A stretch of DNA of 64,000 nucleotides from Eledone cirrhosa (Eukaryota): NCBI GenBank assembly GCA_964016885.1, contig OZ024740.1, positions 32,736,001 through 32,800,000 of the forward strand, written 5' to 3'. This document shows positions 1 to 12,260 of this stretch, piece by piece (the first letter of the stretch is position 1; the number at the start of each line of letters is the position of its first letter). The notes below the pieces were generated by a model that was given only the letters and a program-made list of their open reading frames with translations, had not been told where the DNA came from and did no database searches. The translations under genes were made by a program, and so were the position numbers.

Positions 1-639
1 ACGCCCCCCCCTTTTGTCCCTTGAAATCACGAAACGCCCCCTACCCTATTTTTCCATTTTTCAATATACTACTGATTTTGATATCAGTCGATTACTAAAA
101 AATTGATTAACAATATTCCAAAGATACCATTGCAGGCAGCTGAGAGTATAAATACATTCCTTGAAAGCAAATATATAAATTTAAAAAAAAGGAACATAAA
201 TGTTCTTTTTATGAATAAGGACCAGTTGAATTTGTTATATTCTTATCAGGCGATACCAGCTATTTTGAACATTCATACAAGAGCAACTCTGTCTATCCAA
301 AGAGTGCTCTTATCTGGAAGAAAGTGGCAATTATATCATTTCAAAGCTTTCCAATTTTCCCTTTAATGAAACGGACAGAATAAATGTTGATATCTAACTT
401 GATGTCCCCTCCGCTTTGTGAGGATAGAGACCATGGAAGATGGTTTTCATGACCATATAAGAGGGTATATTTATTAGTAAGTGGTAAAATATATACAACA
501 AATGAGTAATTGAATTGTGGTAGATGGTTTCCAGTCCAGTCAGACTGCAACTACAAATAAAAAAATTGTTAGTTTGCTTTGAAACAATAGCATATCCAAG
601 TTTTCAGATAAATCAACTTATTTTATCTTTGACCTCATT

Positions 640-1630
640 TCAATGGGACCCTTGAGCTTCATGGAGTCTAGCTAACTCTTTGACGTGAGGCTGGATTTTC
701 CTAAGATGAAGCCGGAGATCTCCATGTGTAATTACATTGTAGCGGTTGCAAGACTTACTGTGCAGTCTGGAAACAGCACCAAACCTCCTCTCGACTAAGT
801 ATGAGCTTGGAAAAGACAGAAAAAAAGGGGTTCACCTATTTTGGGAAATCTAATTTTGATCATGTCATCTGCTTAAAGTTCAATGAACTCTTTCTGAAAT
901 TTAACGTCCAAATCATCGACAGTAGCTATGAAGGGATCTGCTATCCACATTGGGATGTCCATCAATAAAAGTTCAACAAACTGTTCTCTCATGTTGTCTT
1001 GTAGTGCACAGAGGTGAGTGGTATAAATTTGGAGTTGGTCATCACTTACAATGTTTTGAACATTGGCGACACTAGGAAAATTATAGAATTCCCGTCAACA
1101 AAGATTCCTTTCGATGACATTCAATTTGGCTAGGAATGTTTTCACAGCATTCCTTGCTTTAAGTATGGTGATCTTCTTCCCCTGCAAAGCCATAATGACA
1201 CTATTGCATTTGTCAAAGATGTCGGCGAGGTAGGCGCAGTCTTGCCTCACATCGAGGGTTTTCTTGTACAGTTCTGTGTTGCATCCTCGCAGAAACTCAA
1301 TGAGTCGAACAGTTCAAAGAAGTGAGTAAAGTACTTGCCCTTTGAAAGCCACCTCACTTCATTGTGAAGGAGCAATTTGATGAATTCTTCGTCATTATCT
1401 TGGCACAGTTGCCGGATAATTCGTTCATTGAGGGAATGGCGTTTGATAAAATTGATGACATCAATGGCCACCTGCAAGGACTTGCTCAGCGGCTCGCTGA
1501 GTTTCTTCGCAGCCAAGTGTTGTCAATGAATGACACAATGAACAACAAATACAGATAGATTTTCTCTCTTCAGAAGAGTGACGTAACCCTTATGTTGGCC
1601 AACCATTGCTCTTGCGACGTCTGTAGCACG
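640..1630 (-). pseudogene. hAT/Buster transposase C-terminal part (ZBED5/SCAND3-like), disrupted
   Basis: Minus-strand translation gives ATDVARAMVGQHKG, HCVIH*QHLAAKK, LLLHNEVRWLSKG and the C-terminal FPSSYLVERRFGAV...GDLRLHL...HEAQGSH*, with stops and frameshifts. Confidence 0.88.
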
Positions 1631-1635
1631 ATACA

Positions 1636-2030
1636 ATGTGTGTTGTATTTGGTCCTTTATGTATGTATTACCTGCCTGTGTGTTGTATGTAGTCCTAGAT
1701 GTATGTATTACCTGCTTATATATTGTATGTGGTCCTAGATGTGTATATTACCTCCTTATGTGTTGTATGTGGTTCTAGATGTTTGTATTACCTGATTATG
1801 TGTTGTATGATTTTGTGGCCCTAGATGTGTGTATTACCTGCTTGTGTGTTGTATATGGTCCTAGATGTGTGTATTACTTATGTGTTGTATGTGGTCCTAG
1901 ATGTGTGTATTACCTGCTTGTGTGTTGTATATGGTCCTAGATGCGTGTATTACGTGCTTATGTGTTGTATGTGGTCCTAGATGTGTGTATTACCTGCTTA
2001 TGTGTTGTATGTGCTACCCGCTTCTGTGTT
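1636..2030. repeat. 40-bp minisatellite (~9-10 copies) inside the hAT element
   Basis: Unit tgtgttgtatgtggtcctagatgtgtgtattacctgctta repeated in tandem. Confidence 0.92.
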
Positions 2031-2934
2031 TTTTCTTTTCTTTTTTTTTATTTGTAATATTATTTATACAATAGGGAATAAAATAGATCTACATAGTGTT
2101 AACTCGTTACGGTTGAGTCAATAATTTCAGACATGAAATACATCGTTATCAGTGAAGGAAAGACAAGATTCTAACTGGCTGCGCTCAAAGTCTCCTTGAC
2201 TCAGTTGACTGAGTTTTTCCATTTTTAGATCTCAATTGCCGGTTAATGTCTAGACACACCTGCACACAGCTGCAGTCAGACCATAGTTATGCTGTCTGCA
2301 TGCTCATTCAAATGCATTCACACTGGCGGTCTCAGAGACATACAAACATGGCTTATAAAACTTACCAATGTTCAGAGCCTTCCAGTGACCCCTAGCACCT
2401 CCTTGCTCCAAAACGCCCCCCCCGGGGGTGCATACGCCCCCCCCCCCCCCTCCCTTGAGAACCTTTGCCTTATACAGTTGTATCATCAACTCATGTAATC
2501 TACCTTTTATATATATACTTCAAAATAAAATTTCATTGTAACTTTAGGGAATAAATGGTATTAAATTAATAAGCCCTAACTTCACTCCTATATTCAAGTC
2601 AAAGTAGAAGTGTTGAGTATACTAGTCAAACTAACCCCTAGATAATTTGTATAGTTAAAAAGAAAAATTCTTACATATCTAGCCTTCCATAAATTTTAAT
2701 GCTTTCCCTAAATTTGAAACATTTTTGTTTCTCAAATCATCATATCATCAAACAAGAACATGTGGTCGGTAAATATCTTTTTTATATTATCTAGTGATTC
2801 TGACGATTTTTCTACAAGGGAATTAAATACTACATCCTCTGTATTTGAATGAAACATATGTAAATCAATTGAATAATGTATTAATGCATTGAACCTTGGT
2901 GATTATTACTATTTCGTTATATATATATATTGCA

Positions 2935-3161
2935 ATGTAGGTAACACGGTAAAAACCTCCCAGTTCCACACTGTAAATGTGGTTGGTGTTAGGAAGGGCA
3001 TCCAGCCGTAGAAAACCCGCCAGACAGTCCTATGCGAGCAAGACAACCACTCTTGTCTCATGTGGGAAAACTCCCGTCCAAACCCATGCAAGCGTGGAAT
3101 ATGGACGTATGATGATGATGATGATGATTGCAAGCAGGGAAAAGTGGACGTATGATGATGA

Positions 3162-3165
<4 letters not shown>
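2935..3165 (+). mobile_element. RTE LINE 3' UTR fragment with (GAT)n tail, followed by a second short 3' tip
   Basis: Matches the 3' UTR of the RTE at 62267-64000 (ggttggtgttaggaagggcatccagccgtagaaaacccgccagacag...). Two (GAT)n tails. Confidence 0.85.
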
Positions 3166-3198
<33 letters not shown>

Positions 3199-3626
3199 TG
3201 AGAGACTAGTCATGCCTGCACCTATATAATACAATGGTACAATTACTGTATATAGAGACTAGTCATGTCTGCACTCATAATATACTAGAATTTTTTTCCA
3301 TACACGTATGTGTATATGTGCATATCCATATTTATATGTATGAGAATATAAATATAAATGTGCAAACACAGACACACTTACACAAATACACACTCACAGA
3401 CATACATTTACACAAATACACACTCACAGACATACATTCACACAAATACACACACACAGTATATCTTTTTCACCATCTCCTTCCCTCCTTTTACACATAC
3501 ATTCACACAGGTAGCTGACGTAAAGAGAGAGGAGTAGTATGAGGTAGTCAAGCTACTCCTCTTTCTTTACATGTTGAGACAGAATCGCAGAAATTTATAT
3601 ATAGATGATATAAAAGAAAGACTTAC

Positions 3627-3681
3627 TTTCAGCTTTTGATACAGTACACTTACTACTGTCTTGAAGAGCTAAACGGAAATG
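3627..3681 (-). CDS. KDM6A: Internal coding exon of KDM6A/UTX histone H3K27 demethylase (TPR region): HFRLALQDSSKCTVSKAE
   Basis: Acceptor ttttctccccatttgtttgacag and donor gtaagt. 55 bp, phase 0 start, in frame with the 121-bp exon. Peptide resembles human UTX HFQLALVDCNPCTLSNAEI (recalled). Confidence 0.88.
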
Positions 3682-4149
3682 CTGTCAAACAAATGGGGAG
3701 AAAATTTTAATACATGAGAGAATATTAAATAAAGAAACAATCATATATACATTTTCTTATAAATTAAGATAAAGCAATATGCTTTATGAATAATATGAAA
3801 CATTAAATGATACAATTAAAAATATCATCCAAGCAATAGTGGATGAAATTCTTATTGGAAACAGTAAAACAGTGAAAATGTTGAAGAACTGCTCACTACC
3901 CATGAATCACTAACTTATTGGAAACAATGAGAAAGTTGCAGCCTAACCATTCATTACCAATGAAACACTCTCTTTTATACCGAACACAACAAAGCAAGAG
4001 TCTTAAGATCATTGAACTTGATATTTTCTTTTTACTTTTTAATTATTTTCCTAATTTAATAAAAAAAAATATTCTTTAGGTTTAAACAAAATTTTTTTAA
4101 AAATCAACTATAATAATATGCCATGTGTTTGTATATTTATATATATATA

Positions 4150-4895
4150 TAACGGCGATGAATTAGTTTTGCGTATAACCATTGAGAGGAAGTAGGAGAT
4201 CCTGTAGTTGCTAGCTATATTGGCTCCGCATACGGGTCTAGAATAATATCTAAACATAGAAATGACCCAGCAGATAGTCAAATCAGAGAGGCCAGTGAAA
4301 TAGAACTTAGAAGGCCAAGACTAAACAGAAAGAATGAATGGAATAACAACAACACCCAAACAAACAACACTGACCCAAGAGAAGTGTAAATAAATAAATA
4401 AATAGATAAATAAATAAATAAATACATACACAAGCACAATAACAACAAACACATATAAACACACACTAGTAAAGATAGACTACATTAACCGATACACAGT
4501 CACCCAATCACGAACACACATCAAACAAAACACTATACACACACGCAAACGCATGCGCAAAGAAGACAAAATAAAACAAATAAATAAATAAATAAATATA
4601 TAAACAGACTAAATAAAGATGGCGTAGACATACAATGTAACGGGAGGAAACAATAGCACCACTGACGATGTTGCAGATGTGCAACGAAAGAACTTTGATA
4701 AACTATATATATGTGTTTGTGTCTATATTGTATCTGTATTATTTTTGACTGTTGGTCAGTCAATGGCAACATTGAGGACTGAATAAATTAGATTACCAAT
4801 ATAAAAGAGACAGAAGCGAAAAGCGAAAACCAACCAAACAGTGAGTGTGTTCTGTTATTAATTCTGGCAATATTACACAAATATGACCCTCCCCA
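4150..4895 (+). mobile_element. Probable Penelope-like element remnant between (TA)n tracts, with a hammerhead-like core at 4662-4689
   Basis: CTGACGA-T-GTTGCA-gatg-TGCAAC-GAAA. Flanked by TA microsatellites, with (TAAA)n and CA-rich internal tracts. Confidence 0.4.
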
Positions 4896-4914
4896 TATAT
4901 ATATATATATATAT

Positions 4915-5198
4915 GTTGGTGCCACACCATCCAGGCCGAAACAAATGAGATCGTGTAGGTGTCACGACAAAAAAACACACAGTCCACGCTGTAATGTGGC
5001 CGTGTAGGCAACACGGTAAAAACCTCCCAGACCCACACTGTAAATGTGGTTGGTGTTAGGAAGGGCATCCAACTGTAGAAAACCTGCCAGACAGTCCTAT
5101 GCGAGCAAGACAATCACTCTTGCCTCAAGTGGGAAAACCCCCGTCCAAACCCATGCAAGCGTGGAACACGGACGTTAAACGTTGATGATGATGATGAT
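4915..5198 (+). mobile_element. RTE LINE 3' UTR fragment
   Basis: Near-identical to the reverse complement of 62267-62540; ends in (GAT)n. Confidence 0.88.
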
Positions 5199-5829
5199 AT
5201 ATATATATATGCCTGTAACTCTTTAAAGTTTACACATACAAACATACACACTTCCTATATTTGTTATGTTTCTACAATAAGAAGTTCACTTTCCAATCAC
5301 AAGGTCCTGGGTTGTAGCCCTACATTTACCCCTGTAAATAGTTATTTCTCCAAAGTTACTCATGCATATCCTGAACATACTCATGCATATGCTGAACATT
5401 TATATAATTATATCCTAGAAATAAATTATTAAAATATCATTTTTATCTTTAATCATTTCCGCATGACAGTAATCAACTTAAACTATAGGATTTCTCTTAT
5501 GGAAACCATTAATTTGTCAAAATGTAAATTTCCCAGTAATCCTAGTATATATATGGCATAGCAATCCTGGATGCACAAAATTAAATACATTCAACGCTAT
5601 TGACGGCACTGGTCCACTATTGCAATATAATAAGATCCCTGGCTTGTTTGGGAGATCACTAGCCCCACTTCAGTACTGCCGTGGTCTATGTAGATCTGTC
5701 CAACCCTTGCTAGCAGAGAAAGCCGACATTAAAATGACGATGACTTAATAGACATTAAAAATGATTGCATTTATTGAAATAAAATTAAATATTAAATGTT
5801 TACGGCCTATAATCATTAATAGTAATTAG

Positions 5830-6260
5830 GACATGTTAATTAATGAATCTTGTATGGGTCTGGACTATAGCTGATATGGAATGAAGAATCCAGGTGATCA
5901 AGGACCAGTACTTCAGAATGCTGCTGAGCATCTTGTAAATAGAACATAAACAACTTTGTCAGGCAGCAAGTCACTAAATATGGTGACATGTGAGGAACCA
6001 TTTAGCTCACCTGATACAGTCAGATATCCCACTGCAACTCCATGTTAGAAACTATTCTCCAAGGTACAGCTGAAGGAGAATAAAGAAGAAGCAAAGAAAA
6101 TCCTGGTCTGACAACACCAAGAACTAGACAGGACAGGTCAGGTTACACACTACAACCCTTTTACAGATGACAGAGACCAGTGGCGACAGTTGACTGAAAA
6201 TATCTAGAGTACCATTTCAAGGACTAACTGCACCAGTTATAGGAGTATGATGATAGTGGT
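5830..6260 (+). mobile_element. Old degenerate RTE-like LINE 3' coding fragment
   Basis: Residual LYG..., LETILQG...EGE..RR, DDRDQWRQL motifs typical of RTE ORF2 C-termini, heavily mutated. Confidence 0.5.
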
Positions 6261-6589
6261 GGTGAATTAATCATGTATATTTTAAATTTTTATTTTATTA
6301 AAATGTCTCTTCAATGTATTCTTATTACAGATAATTTTAATGTGTCTAAGTGTGTGCATGTAAGTATCTGCGTGCATTTGTAAAGTATCTCTGTGTGTGT
6401 ATTGGTTTTCTTTTTTCCCCTTTTTGTTAACTAATTTTTTAAAAGCTTTTTTGTAGAGTAAATATTTTTCCTTTATATGCTCAATAATAAAAAATCTATG
6501 CCATTAAATATATAATTGATTCTAGAGTTGATATCAAAGCAATATTTCCAGTAGATGGAAATGACAAGCTGAACAAGTTCTAGTATGTA

Positions 6590-7665
6590 GGAAGGAAAAT
6601 AGGGCCCAGATTCCCTCTGGGAAATGGTCTTGCTCAGTATGCAGGAAAGGAGTAGGTAGAAATTCCATTATGCAAGCAATAAGTACATAAAAGATGTAGT
6701 GGGATCATATGCAGGCTATCAAAGAATGTAGGTTTTATATGCAGCAGATGCTCAGGTGCAGTAAATAGCAAGTGCCCACAAGATACTAGCTCCTTCAAAT
6801 GTCCAGACAGTTCTATAGAAACAGTCAACTACCTAGGTGATGAAATCAGCAGTGGAGGTGGGTGTACTGAAAGTACAGTAGCCAGAGTAATAACGGGATG
6901 GAGAAATTTCAGAGAGCTACTACCACTGTTAGCTACAAAAGTTTTTTTTTTCCCTAAAATGAAGGGAAATTGTACGATGCATGTATACGAACAGCAATGT
7001 TACATGGTAGTGAACATGCAAAGACTGAAAAGAAATGAAGCATGCATGTTCCAATGGATGTGTAATAATAATATACATGAACAGCAAAGCGTAAATGAAC
7101 TGAGAGAAAAATAAGGTATAAAAGGGATCAGATGCAGAGGAGATAGCGTTGGTATGGTTATGTGATGCGTATGAAGGACAGCTGTATAAAAAGTGCAAGG
7201 CAATCAAAATTGATGGAAGCTATGGAGTAGGAAGACCCAGGAAGACCTGGGACGAGGTGCTAAAAGCCAACCTTGCACAATTGCACCTCTCAAAGACAAT
7301 GACACAGGGTCAAGATCTTTGGCATTATGCAGTAATACAGAAGATACGCCTTCCCATGCACAGACTCAAACATACATCTAGTAGGCACCTCTTAACCACT
7401 ATACCCCCACTTACCCACTTCTGTCCACACCACCCTTACACTGTAAACAAAATGCATCCAGCCCACATTATAAAGTGGTTGTGTCACAACAAAAAGCACC
7501 CAGCGCACACTGTGAATGTGGTTGGTGTTAGGAACGGCACCCAACCATGAAAACCTAGCCAGAAACAGTTCTATATGAACAAAACATGGTCACCTGATCC
7601 AACTTGTCTCTAGTGGGACAACTTGTCTAACCCATGTTAGTGTGGAAAATGGACTTTGAACGATA
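6590..7665 (+). mobile_element. Degenerate RTE LINE (PHD-type finger, C-terminal ORF2, 3' UTR)
   Basis: Homologous to 25280-26400: GKWSCSVCRKGVGRNS, YLGD, GRPRKTWDEV, and the 3' UTR motif. Confidence 0.85.
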
Positions 7666-7859
7666 TTTTCAGAGCACCCTTCTCCACTGCTAATTAAATC
7701 ACCCAATTAACAGAAACTATCAACTACCTCTATAGAGCCTACCTTGTACTGACGCTCTGTACATTTTCCACATAAAATCTCTTTTCTCTGTTAGCCTGCC
7801 TATGATTCCACACATCTCTTACAATTTGCACTGTGTTCTTTCTTTATATCAAACACAAC

Positions 7860-8815
7860 CATTTTTATATCAGCATCATCCCTTTGTCTTTCCTACTTTC
7901 TAAAAACTTTCATATTCACTAAGTTCACTAAAGCCTTTCAATTCTAGTTTTTGTTTCCTTGTTTGAATTTTCCTCTCTAAATTGTCTACAAAATCAGCTA
8001 TACTTATTAGATCACCAGCATACAGGAGTTTCAAAGAACAGCTTGGATTGATCAGAGAATAGGAGCTTTGATGAACACTCATTGGATTCATCATCATCAT
8101 CATTTTATGTCCGCTTTTCCCTGCTTGCAAGGGTGGGACGGGAACTGATTCTGGCTTGATTTCTACAGCTGGATGCCCTTCCTAACACCAACCTCATTTA
8201 CAGTGAGTGCTGGGTGCTTTTTTTGCCGTGGCACCTCCACGACCACTTTGCAGTGGAATGATAGGGACCCCAGTCCCTATCATCTCATTTCTACAGCTGA
8301 GTAAACTGGAGCAATGTGAAATAAAGTGTCTTGCTCAAGGAAACAACACATCACCCGGTCTGAGGATTGAACTCACAACCTTTCAATTGCAAACCCAATG
8401 CTCTAACCACTAAGCCATGTGCCTCCTCACGAAAATTAATTTCACTTTGCTGACTTCATCTTTCAACATGGTTTGCAGTGCTTTCAATTCATTCATTTAG
8501 CAGTTTTTTGTGTGTTTTTTATGGACTACCATACAACAGGCTTTGTCCAAATCAACAAAACTGAGATAAAGTGGCTTATACTTAGCTAGAAACTTCACTT
8601 GTTGTTGTCTCCACTAAGAAGAGATTCCATCTTAGTACAAAACCAAGCAGCATCTTAATTAATTTGACATTTTTCTAATTAGTTGTGCTATAACTATACT
8701 TTCATAAGCGGATCCATCAGTTTAATGGCTGTTACTTTCTAAAGCATCACCTTTAACCGATGCCTGTCAACTTGGTTGATTATGGGAGTGACTAGATTGG
8801 GGTTATGCACTCCTT
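7860..8815 (-). mobile_element. Old RTE RT fragment interrupted by a SINE
   Basis: LLYAGDL...LERKIQT on one side of the SINE and KFLAKYKPLYLSFVDLDKA on the other. Confidence 0.65.
8088..8426 (-). mobile_element. tRNA-derived SINE with CORE-like body and RTE-derived 3' tail
   Basis: A box TGGCTTAGTGG and B box GAGTTCAATCC; body CCTTGAGCAAGACACTT; tail matches the RTE 3' UTR at 26205-26290; (GAT)n end. Second copy at 24063-24403. Confidence 0.88.
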
Positions 8816-9300
8816 ATGGAAGCTCCTTTTGTGCCACTGCTCTATCTACCAGAAGACAAAGCTTCATGTCTACAACACGTCAGTTCTCTCTCTGCTCTCC
8901 TCTATGGAGCAGAAACGTGCCTCCCCCACACACACAGAGACCCTGAGGACCATTTAGGACATTGGATAGTACCATCACATTTCCAACAAAGAGTTGCATG
9001 TGCACATGCATCATCCACAGCCTCCCACCGCATAGCCATTTGCCACATGCGCTGGTATAGACATGTCCTCCACCTCCCTCCAGATCATTCGACCAGGGCC
9101 TTACTCTCATTCAACGCAGCATCTACAGGCTGGAAATAGCCCTGCAACAGGCTCCACACCAGATGGCTGGATGTGATTAAGGAAGATCTCCAGAAATTCC
9201 ACATTACTTTGGAGGATGCAGAGGAGTTGGCATAGGACCACCAGCGATGGAGGGCACCTGGTTCACTCTATGCACAATGATGCCTTTGGGATTGGGATAA
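8816..9300 (+). mobile_element. Fragment of a different RTE family (ORF2 C-terminus)
   Basis: LLYGAET...MRWYRHVLHLP...TRWLDVIKEDL...HQRWRA with stops. Confidence 0.7.
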
Positions 9301-9344
9301 CTGAGCTAGGATGACCCAGTCCCATCAAACAGGAGCAAAGAAGA

Positions 9345-9655
9345 AAACTAGTTTGAGCTTTACTTCATTATTATGGGAGATACTAGATTGAACCTTACTT
9401 CACCATTGAGATAAGATTCAGCATTACTTCACCAATATTATGAGTGACAAGATTGAGCATTACTTCACTAATATTGTGAGTGACAAGATTGAGCCTTACT
9501 TAACCATTATAAGGGTGACTAGATTGAGCCTTCCTTGACCAATATTATGAGTGACAAGATTGAGCCTTACTTCATCAATATTATGATAGCGATTAGTTTG
9601 AGCTTTACTTCAGCAATATTATGACTGATTATATTGAACCTTACTTCACCACTCA
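9345..9655. repeat. 36-bp minisatellite (~8 diverged copies)
   Basis: Unit ttgagccttacttcaccaatattatgagtgacaaga (e.g. starts at 9453 and 9489). Confidence 0.88.
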
Positions 9656-9987
9656 GTTGCTATCTTTGAGGATTCAACAGCTCTTCCCTTTTTCATGTCC
9701 CTCGTAGCTTCTTTGGCCACATAACTTGACATCAATAACTCGTCCCTCTGTTCGAACTAGCTCTACTGGGGTGTAATGCCTTTTCTTCTCATTCTCCCCA
9801 CTTAGCAACTTCTAATATTGTTTCTAAGCTTCTTTCTTTGAGTTCAGGTGAGGCTTAATGCACCAGTGTCATTCTAAATATATTTTCCTTCAACATTTTA
9901 ACACACTGCTTTGTAGTCCAAAACATTGCAAAACTTCTTGTTTTCAGTTTCTGTTTTGTATAAAAAGAATGGTTGTGTAATAATTAC

Positions 9988-10108
9988 CTTATGACTAGTT
10001 TCGTAATTAGTCAAAATTTTGTGCATCAACCCCAGTCGCAGATGTACCTCATTTGCTCGACTAAATGTTGGTTCGATGTATAAAACTTGCTGGTAAGCCT
10101 TGATAGCC
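9988..10108 (-). CDS. KDM6A: Internal coding exon of KDM6A/UTX (TPR region): (W)[40 protein letters not shown]
   Basis: Acceptor ttttttctctatattcttttcag and donor gtaatt. 121 bp, open frame. Strong similarity to human UTX [41 protein letters not shown] (recalled). Confidence 0.93.
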
Positions 10109-10904
10109 CTGAAAAGAATATAGAGAAAAAAGTTAAAATTTGCTTCCTATTTAATATAGAAACTGAGATAATCTATTTTGACATCAAATACTTTCTAATA
10201 TGACAAGATATAAAAAAAATAATAATTGAATAAGTATTTGCACTATTTGATATAAGTATTGAAAGTATAATTCTTTGAAATTCTATATATTTTTACTCAT
10301 AAAAACACCAAATTAAAAAAAGATTACATAACTTCAACTTCATAAGAATTATTTGGAGAAGCAGTGAAATAAAAGGAAAGATATATTGTGAACTAAATAC
10401 CACTGTGATCAGCAGGGCAGACTAAATTTATTAAATATCCCTATTCCAACCTCAGCCAACAACAGCCTTTTATTTTTAAATTACATTTAAACCATATTTT
10501 GTGCATGAGTAAAAAATACTATTCAATAGACTCAAACATAAGTTTCAATATCTACCTCCAGCCTGAATTGTGTCTTTAAACATGTTCTGGCCTCTAACAA
10601 CCTAGTAATTTTATTTCATAGATCAGTTGTTAGTATTAAAATGAAGTATTTGATTTTAATTTACTTAAAAATACCTAAGCCAATAGAATCAATGGAGCTT
10701 GTACTTAATATAATGGAGAACCTGTTGAAAAATTTTTTCTAAGAAAACTAACAGATAACCCATAGAAAATGATGAGGAATTAGGTCAGATATAGTAAACA
10801 GCTTTCATAACAAAAGTTTTTAATTAAAAAACTGCAGTTCAATCTACATCAAATTTACCTTAAATCTTCTTATATACATTTTATTCTAGCATAAGTATTT
10901 ATTA

Positions 10905-11005
10905 TTTTAACTTTGCCTTTCATCCTTACGGGGTCGATAAAATAAAGTACCAGTAATGCATTGGATAATTGCTGGCCTTGTGCCAAAAGTAGAAACAATT
11001 ATTTA
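10905..11005 (+). mobile_element. SINE 3' fragment (same family as 22434-22660)
   Basis: ctttgcctttcatccttacggggtcgataaaataaagtaccag...ggccttgtgccaaaa. Confidence 0.75.
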
Positions 11006-11098
11006 ATTCTAGAGTAAATTGAATGAAACAAAAACAAAACACTTTGGCTACTTAAAACTTAGTGCTTATGAAGTTTTCAAAAACTCAACAAGCATTAA

Positions 11099-11317
11099 CC
11101 CTTTAGCATTTACATTACTCTATATATACTATTGTATTTTCATGGTAAAGGCATTATCTTACATAATTATCTCACATAATATCGAATCTATGAGATTTTT
11201 GTTATTTATTTTGAGAAAAATACCTTAACATCAATATGATTGGCCAGTTACAGCCAGTTTGAACAGAAAGAGGTGAGAGAATTCTGGCCGGATATGGCCG
11301 GTTTAAATGCTAAAGGG
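11099..11317. mobile_element. piggyBac-type MITE
   Basis: TTAA target duplication (11095-98 and 11318-21); TIR CCCTTTAGCATTTA / TAAATGCTAAAGGG. Copies at 40614 and 61235. Confidence 0.9.
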
Positions 11318-11459
11318 TTAAAAGTATGAGAAACAATTGTTCTGATAGAGATATTTATGGTGTTTGAACTATAAGTGACTTATGAAAAATATCTAACAAT
11401 GAAAAGTAGCAATAGCAGCTGATGACAGCAAAGAGAAGCCTTTGGATGTACTCTGAATT

Positions 11460-12260
11460 TATTGCCCATGTTCCACTACCATACAATACTGCACTTCACA
11501 AACAGGCATCATACAGCTAGCCTTTCTTTTATGGAAAGAAACTTTTTCTTGTCAACAGAGGTAGTAGCTCCCTGAACATTTCCCATCCTATTCTAACTAG
11601 CTACTCTCCTCTCAGTACAGCCTCCTCCATTGCTAATTAGATTACTTAGGTATCAGAAGTTATTAACCACTTCCATGGATCCTTCTTGAGACTGGATAAA
11701 GTTTATTTCACCAATGCTCCCAACTATCTCAAATCAAGGTTCTCAGTCAAAGGCATTTTCTAGATCCATAAAAGCCAGATATAGTGGCTTATACTTAGCT
11801 AGGAACTTCGCTTGTTATCTCACTAAAAAGAGGGCATCTGTATTGCAAAACTAAACTACATCTAACTTGACTCTTTCCCTAATTAGTTGTGTTCAAATTC
11901 TTTCAGTCACTTTCATAACTTGGTCCATCAGTTTTATGCCCCTGTAGTTACTCCTTTCTAGCATCATCTTTTCCCTTGTAACAATGAGTATACTGCTACA
12001 CCAGTCATTGGGTGTGACCCCTATCACATACTACCTAACTGATTATGCAGGTGACTGGCTTGACCCCTCTACCCCAGATGATTTCAGTGTTTCAGTGACT
12101 ATTTCTGATGGACAGGCAGCTTTACAATTTTTCATCTTGATTACTTCTTTGACACTATAACTGTCAATATCAGTAGATGGCCCCTCTCTTGGGTCAGTTA
12201 GGGGTAGTCACTCTTCCTCCCAATCATTCTCCACATTCATTAACCTTTCATAATAGCATC
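11460..12260 (-). mobile_element. Old, internally deleted RTE LINE
   Basis: Reverse-strand remnants homologous to the RT region at 24611-25750 (NYRGIKLMDQVMKVTERI, KFLAKYKPLYLAF, MFRELLPLL). Confidence 0.7.

Larger units (their letters stand above)
1..2467 (-). mobile_element. Decayed, internally deleted hAT (Buster/Charlie-type) DNA transposon; other terminus lies left of the window
   Basis: Terminus ...ccttgagaacctttg at 2467 (reverse complement caaaggttctcaa, Buster-like TIR), followed by ccttatac (NNNTANNN-type target). GC-rich subterminal acgcccccc motifs at both 1-45 and 2410-2450. Transposase remnants inside. Confidence 0.75.

Noticed and set aside
3540-3560. TGAGGTAGT let-7-like seed in the hairpin
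   Set aside because: Only 9 nt match, it lies in the loop rather than an arm, and the rest of let-7 is absent.
3627-3690. Imperfect palindrome / possible hammerhead (ttgaagagc...gaaa)
   Set aside because: The core is not CUGANGA and the stems do not pair; the sequence is explained as the KDM6A exon.
3234-4772. Short ORFs rich in H/T/Y/I or C/V/L/F
   Set aside because: Translations of CA, TA and TAAA microsatellites.
8340-8426. tRNA gene
   Set aside because: A and B boxes are present but run into a SINE body and tail; no complete cloverleaf.
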